From contig JBEKSC010000004.1 of NCBI GenBank assembly GCA_049517415.1, positions 82,243 to 146,242 of the forward strand: a stretch of 64,000 nt of DNA, given 5' to 3'. Source of the stretch: Candidatus Bathyarchaeia archaeon. Its GTDB lineage: Archaea; Thermoproteota; Bathyarchaeia; 40CM-2-53-6. The notes beneath the pieces are model-generated. The model saw only the letters and a list, made by a program, of their open reading frames with translations. It searched no databases and was not told the origin of the DNA. Below are positions 60,493 to 64,000 of this stretch, piece by piece. Position 1 is the stretch's first letter, and each line of letters begins with the position of its first letter. Made by a program: the position numbers and the translations under genes.

Positions 60493-61800
60493 TTGAAAGA
60501 TTTGGCATCGAGGAGTGAAGAGTATGACGTCGTTGTTGTAGGCGCGGGGATAGTAGGATTAGCCAGTGCGTATCACATACTCTCTCAGAATCCTGGATGC
60601 CAGGTTGCGGTCGTTGAGAAGGCCGCTTCAGCTGGGCAAGGGGACACCGCTAAGACTGTTGCGGGCATAAGGAACACCTTCACATCAGAAGTCAATCGCG
60701 TACTCTCCGAGACTTCTATCGATTTTTACAAACACGTACAGGATGAACTGAAGTTTGATCTCCACTTGGAGTTAGTCGGCTATCTTTGGCTACTCACGGC
60801 TGAGCTCGCGAAACAGTTTGATTCCGTTATTGATCGGATGAAGAAGGATGGTATAGCCCTCAAACTCTGGCAACCGGATCAACTATCCAAGATGCTCCCA
60901 CGATCCAGAATAGCGATTGATTCAGGGGACGAGGAGGCCAAGATCATGGGACTCAACAGCATAGCCATGGGGCTACAGGGGCTGAAATGTGGAACCATAG
61001 CAGCGGAGAAGCTGGTTGAGTTCTACGAGCGGGAAATCCGTAAGATGGGAGGATCCATCCTTTACCGAGAACGAATGAATTCATTCATTTTGGAACCTCG
61101 ACCAAAGTTGGGATTGCCGAAGGAACCTCTGGTGTGGCAGAACGCGAAAGTGGAGGGCGTGGTAACTACTCGAGGCAGAATTCGGGCAGAGCAGACGGTA
61201 GTAGCTACGGGCTGCTGGAGCACAGACCTTCTGAGTCATCTGGGTATTGACTCTCATGTCAGAGCAAAGAAAAGACAAGTTTTCGCACTTAAGGGGGCTG
61301 GAGTAAGTGATCTGCTGTTCTCGAAAGGCTTCAACGAGCAAGGTGTTCTCCCCATGACGCTCATACCACCGCGGTTGATCTATATGAAACCGAACCGATC
61401 CGAAGGAACTTTTTGGGTTGGGGTTTCAGATTACGTAGGAAGACCCTTCACCTTTGAAGAAGAACCTGCCGCCGAGGATGATTTCTACACGTACGACATC
61501 TACCCCGTCCTGTCTCACTACTTCCCTAATTTCAAGGACATCAGACCCTTCAACAAGTGGGCTGGCCATTATGACCTAAACACGATTGATGGCAACCCCT
61601 ACATCTTTGAAGATTCAGGTCTCATAGTCGCTGATGGCACCAGCGGCAGCGGAATGATGAAAGCCGACGCAATCGGACGCATCGTAGCTGCTGTGCAGGC
61701 AGGGAAAGACATGGCCACTCTTTACGGCGGCAAACACTTTAAAGTTGCAAAGTTAGGCGTCGAGACACGCCAAGTGGAACCTGAAGAATTCGTAATCTAG
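60493..61800 (+). CDS. FAD-dependent oxidoreductase (DAO/sarcosine oxidase beta/proline dehydrogenase family)
   Basis: VVVVGAGIVG; WAGHY; GTSGSGMMKADAIG. Confidence 0.92.
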   Translation: MKDLASRSEEYDVVVVGAGIVGLASAYHILSQNPGCQVAVVEKAASAGQGDTAKTVAGIRNTFTSEVNRVLSETSIDFYKHVQDELKFDLHLELVGYLWLLTAELAKQFDSVIDRMKKDGIALKLWQPDQLSKMLPRSRIAIDSGDEEAKIMGLNSIAMGLQGLKCGTIAAEKLVEFYEREIRKMGGSILYRERMNSFILEPRPKLGLPKEPLVWQNAKVEGVVTTRGRIRAEQTVVATGCWSTDLLSHLGIDSHVRAKKRQVFALKGAGVSDLLFSKGFNEQGVLPMTLIPPRLIYMKPNRSEGTFWVGVSDYVGRPFTFEEEPAAEDDFYTYDIYPVLSHYFPNFKDIRPFNKWAGHYDLNTIDGNPYIFEDSGLIVADGTSGSGMMKADAIGRIVAAVQAGKDMATLYGGKHFKVAKLGVETRQVEPEEFVI

Positions 61801-61917
61801 TCCAAGTACGTGACGGCAGGCGATGTAATCTCCTTCTCCGCCCACCAAATGCATCAAACTGGTTGCAACCTTAAGAGAGTGCCGTCTCAGTTTTCCGCTA
61901 CCGACGAGAAGGGGTCG

Positions 61918-64000
61918 ATGACTATGGTTTGGCAATACGATGTTTACGCGTTGCTCCTATTCTTTGCAGCTTCAGTATCAGCTGGCTTGGCACTGTTCAT
62001 GTTGAGACGCTGGCGTTTTCCAGATGCGGCCGCGTTCACGGTGCTGTTGCTGATGATTGCCGAGTGGTCGTTGACGGATGGCTTAGAATACGTGAGTGCT
62101 GATTTGCCGTCGATACTCTTCTGGGATCAAGCTATCTACGTAGGCGCCGCTATTGTTCCTGTCGCATTTTTCGTTTTTGTTCTGCTCTACACAGGCCGAG
62201 GGAAACGGCTAAGCCTGCCCAGTCTGGTTCTTTTGTGTTTCGTGCCTGCTGTCACGGTCCTACTTCGATGGACAAACGACACTTATCACTTGTTCTATAG
62301 CGGGTACAGTCTGGTCACGAGCGGAGGGCTGTCGATACTTCAAGTGAGTTTCGGGGTCGGGTTCTATGTTTATGCGGCATACTCATACGCAATCGTGTTG
62401 TTTGGAATAGCTCTTCTTGTGCAGCAATTCCTACGTTCGAGGGTACTGCGGCGGCAATCAGTGATTCTGATAATCAGCGCGGTGGTACCGCTTGGGGCGA
62501 GTGTTCTTGATCTCCTTCCCAATGTGGTTTTCCCATTTGACTGGACTCCTTTAGCTTTCGCTTTCACGGGCTTGGTTTACTTCTGGGGAGTGTTTCGTAC
62601 TCGCCTTTTCGAATTCATGCCTGTGGCTCGTGAAGCTGTTGTTCGCGGGATGGGTGACGGAGTGATAGTTTTGGATTCGGGTAATCGGATAGTGGACATT
62701 AATCCGGCATGTGAAAAAATGTTTGGGTGTGGGGTTGAAGTCCTTGGGAGGTCTGCTGTTGAGTTTTTCGAGTCGCGTGGACTGAACGGAGAATACTTGG
62801 TGAAGGAGTCATCAGAGATCGTTCTGCCCATAAAGGATGCGCGGCGTTATTTTGACCTGAATTTCTCCTCCCTGCATGATAAACGGGGCGCTCTCATGGG
62901 GCGGATAGGAGTGATGCGAGACATTACTGAACGCAAGCAGATGGAGGAGAAGCTGATCGAAAGCGAAGAGGTTTTGCGTCGACGGGCTGAGGAGTTGGCT
63001 GCACTTCAAGCAACCGTACTTGACATGACAGACGCTTCATACGACCTGCCGAACCTGCTCGAGGTCATCGTAAAGCGAGCGGTTACCTTGCTAGATGCAA
63101 AGAGCGGGGGACTTGACCTATGCGACCCTGAAAAGCACGAGGTGCGCTGCGTGGTAAGCTACAACACGCCACAAGATTTCAGGGGATTAGTGCTCAAATA
63201 CGGCGAAGGGTCATCCGGCTTGGTGGCCGAGACCCGGAAACCGCTCATAATCAATGATTATCGCAAATGGAAGGGCGCCGCACCTATCTCTGGAGCTACA
63301 AGTATCGGGGCTGAAATCAGCGTGCCTATGATCTGGCGAGGCCAAGTAACAGGAATAATCCAAGTCGCCGAAGATTCAGCAATTCGACAGTTCACGCAAT
63401 CAGACCTTGACTTGCTCATGCTCTTCGCCAACCATGCTGCAATTGCCGTTGAGAACGGACGCCGTGCGGAAGGCCTAGAGCAAATTGTTGCCGAGAGAAC
63501 TAAGGAACTCATCGAAGCTCAGGATCGGTTACTGAAGGCGGAGAGAATGGCGGCTATTGGAGAGACAGCAGCGATGGTTGGCCACGACTTGCGGAATCCG
63601 CTGCAAGCAATTTCCACAGCAACGTATGTTCTCAAGAAGGAGTTGACCCCATCAGCAGACGCAAAAACCCGTGAGATGTTTGAAGTGATCGAAGACAGCG
63701 TGGCCTACTCGGACAGAATAGTGCGTGACCTATTAGACTATTCCCAAGAGCTTGAGTTAGAACTCTCAGAAGCGACCCCCAAGCTGATAGCAAGCGACGC
63801 AGTTAGACAGGTAGAAATCCCAGCGAACATAACGATCTCGGATCTAACGTTGGACGAACCCAAGATACGAGTTGATACAGCCAAGATAAGGCGCGTATTC
63901 GTTAACCTGATCGAAGATGCGGTCGACGCTATGCCGGACGGTGGCAAACTTACAATTTCAAGCAACAGGTCAGATGACTTTCTAATCGTCAAGTTTGCTG
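61918..64000 (+). CDS. Sensor histidine kinase (N-terminal 7TM, PAS, GAF, HisKA, HATPase); partial at the right edge, absent from the ORF track
   Basis: Open frame from ATG 61918; TM region; DGVIVLD..IVDINPA (PAS); GAF; H-box AAMVGHDLRNPL; N-box NLIEDAVDAMP. Confidence 0.92.
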   Translation, partial: MTMVWQYDVYALLLFFAASVSAGLALFMLRRWRFPDAAAFTVLLLMIAEWSLTDGLEYVSADLPSILFWDQAIYVGAAIVPVAFFVFVLLYTGRGKRLSLPSLVLLCFVPAVTVLLRWTNDTYHLFYSGYSLVTSGGLSILQVSFGVGFYVYAAYSYAIVLFGIALLVQQFLRSRVLRRQSVILIISAVVPLGASVLDLLPNVVFPFDWTPLAFAFTGLVYFWGVFRTRLFEFMPVAREAVVRGMGDGVIVLDSGNRIVDINPACEKMFGCGVEVLGRSAVEFFESRGLNGEYLVKESSEIVLPIKDARRYFDLNFSSLHDKRGALMGRIGVMRDITERKQMEEKLIESEEVLRRRAEELAALQATVLDMTDASYDLPNLLEVIVKRAVTLLDAKSGGLDLCDPEKHEVRCVVSYNTPQDFRGLVLKYGEGSSGLVAETRKPLIINDYRKWKGAAPISGATSIGAEISVPMIWRGQVTGIIQVAEDSAIRQFTQSDLDLLMLFANHAAIAVENGRRAEGLEQIVAERTKELIEAQDRLLKAERMAAIGETAAMVGHDLRNPLQAISTATYVLKKELTPSADAKTREMFEVIEDSVAYSDRIVRDLLDYSQELELELSEATPKLIASDAVRQVEIPANITISDLTLDEPKIRVDTAKIRRVFVNLIEDAVDAMPDGGKLTISSNRSDDFLIVKFA

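Overview
Archaeal chromosome segment, probably TACK-type (Bathyarchaeia-like; inferred from a TFB gene, bulge-helix-bulge (BHB) tRNA introns and the style of the kinase and toxin-antitoxin genes). Bases 1-~24.8 kb hold the minus-strand morphogenesis module of a head-tail provirus: terminase, portal, protease/scaffold, HK97-type capsid, tail tube, G/GT chaperone, tape measure, hub and tail-fibre-like genes. It is repeatedly interrupted by toxin-antitoxin (TA) cassettes, often bracketed by diverged direct duplications of the flanking sequence. Bases 25-36 kb carry a protein O-mannosyltransferase-like gene, Thr-rich secreted proteins, more TA pairs and housekeeping genes. At 36572-36766 is a tRNA-Leu(CAG) that appears to carry four BHB introns. 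Downstream, seven copies of a ~40-bp att-like motif ending in that tRNA's 3' end divide 47.6-59.6 kb into cargo segments (epimerase + OYE, TFB + zinc fingers, argG/argH, SGNH hydrolase). Top findings: (1) a 24-nt BHB micro-intron with an in-frame stop in the viral tape-measure gene, with the same geometry as one of the host tRNA introns; (2) the four-intron tRNA; (3) the tRNA-anchored, integron-like cassette array with no visible integrase; (4) TA cassettes inserted with diverged flank duplications. All product calls come from motif recognition by eye; no searches were run.
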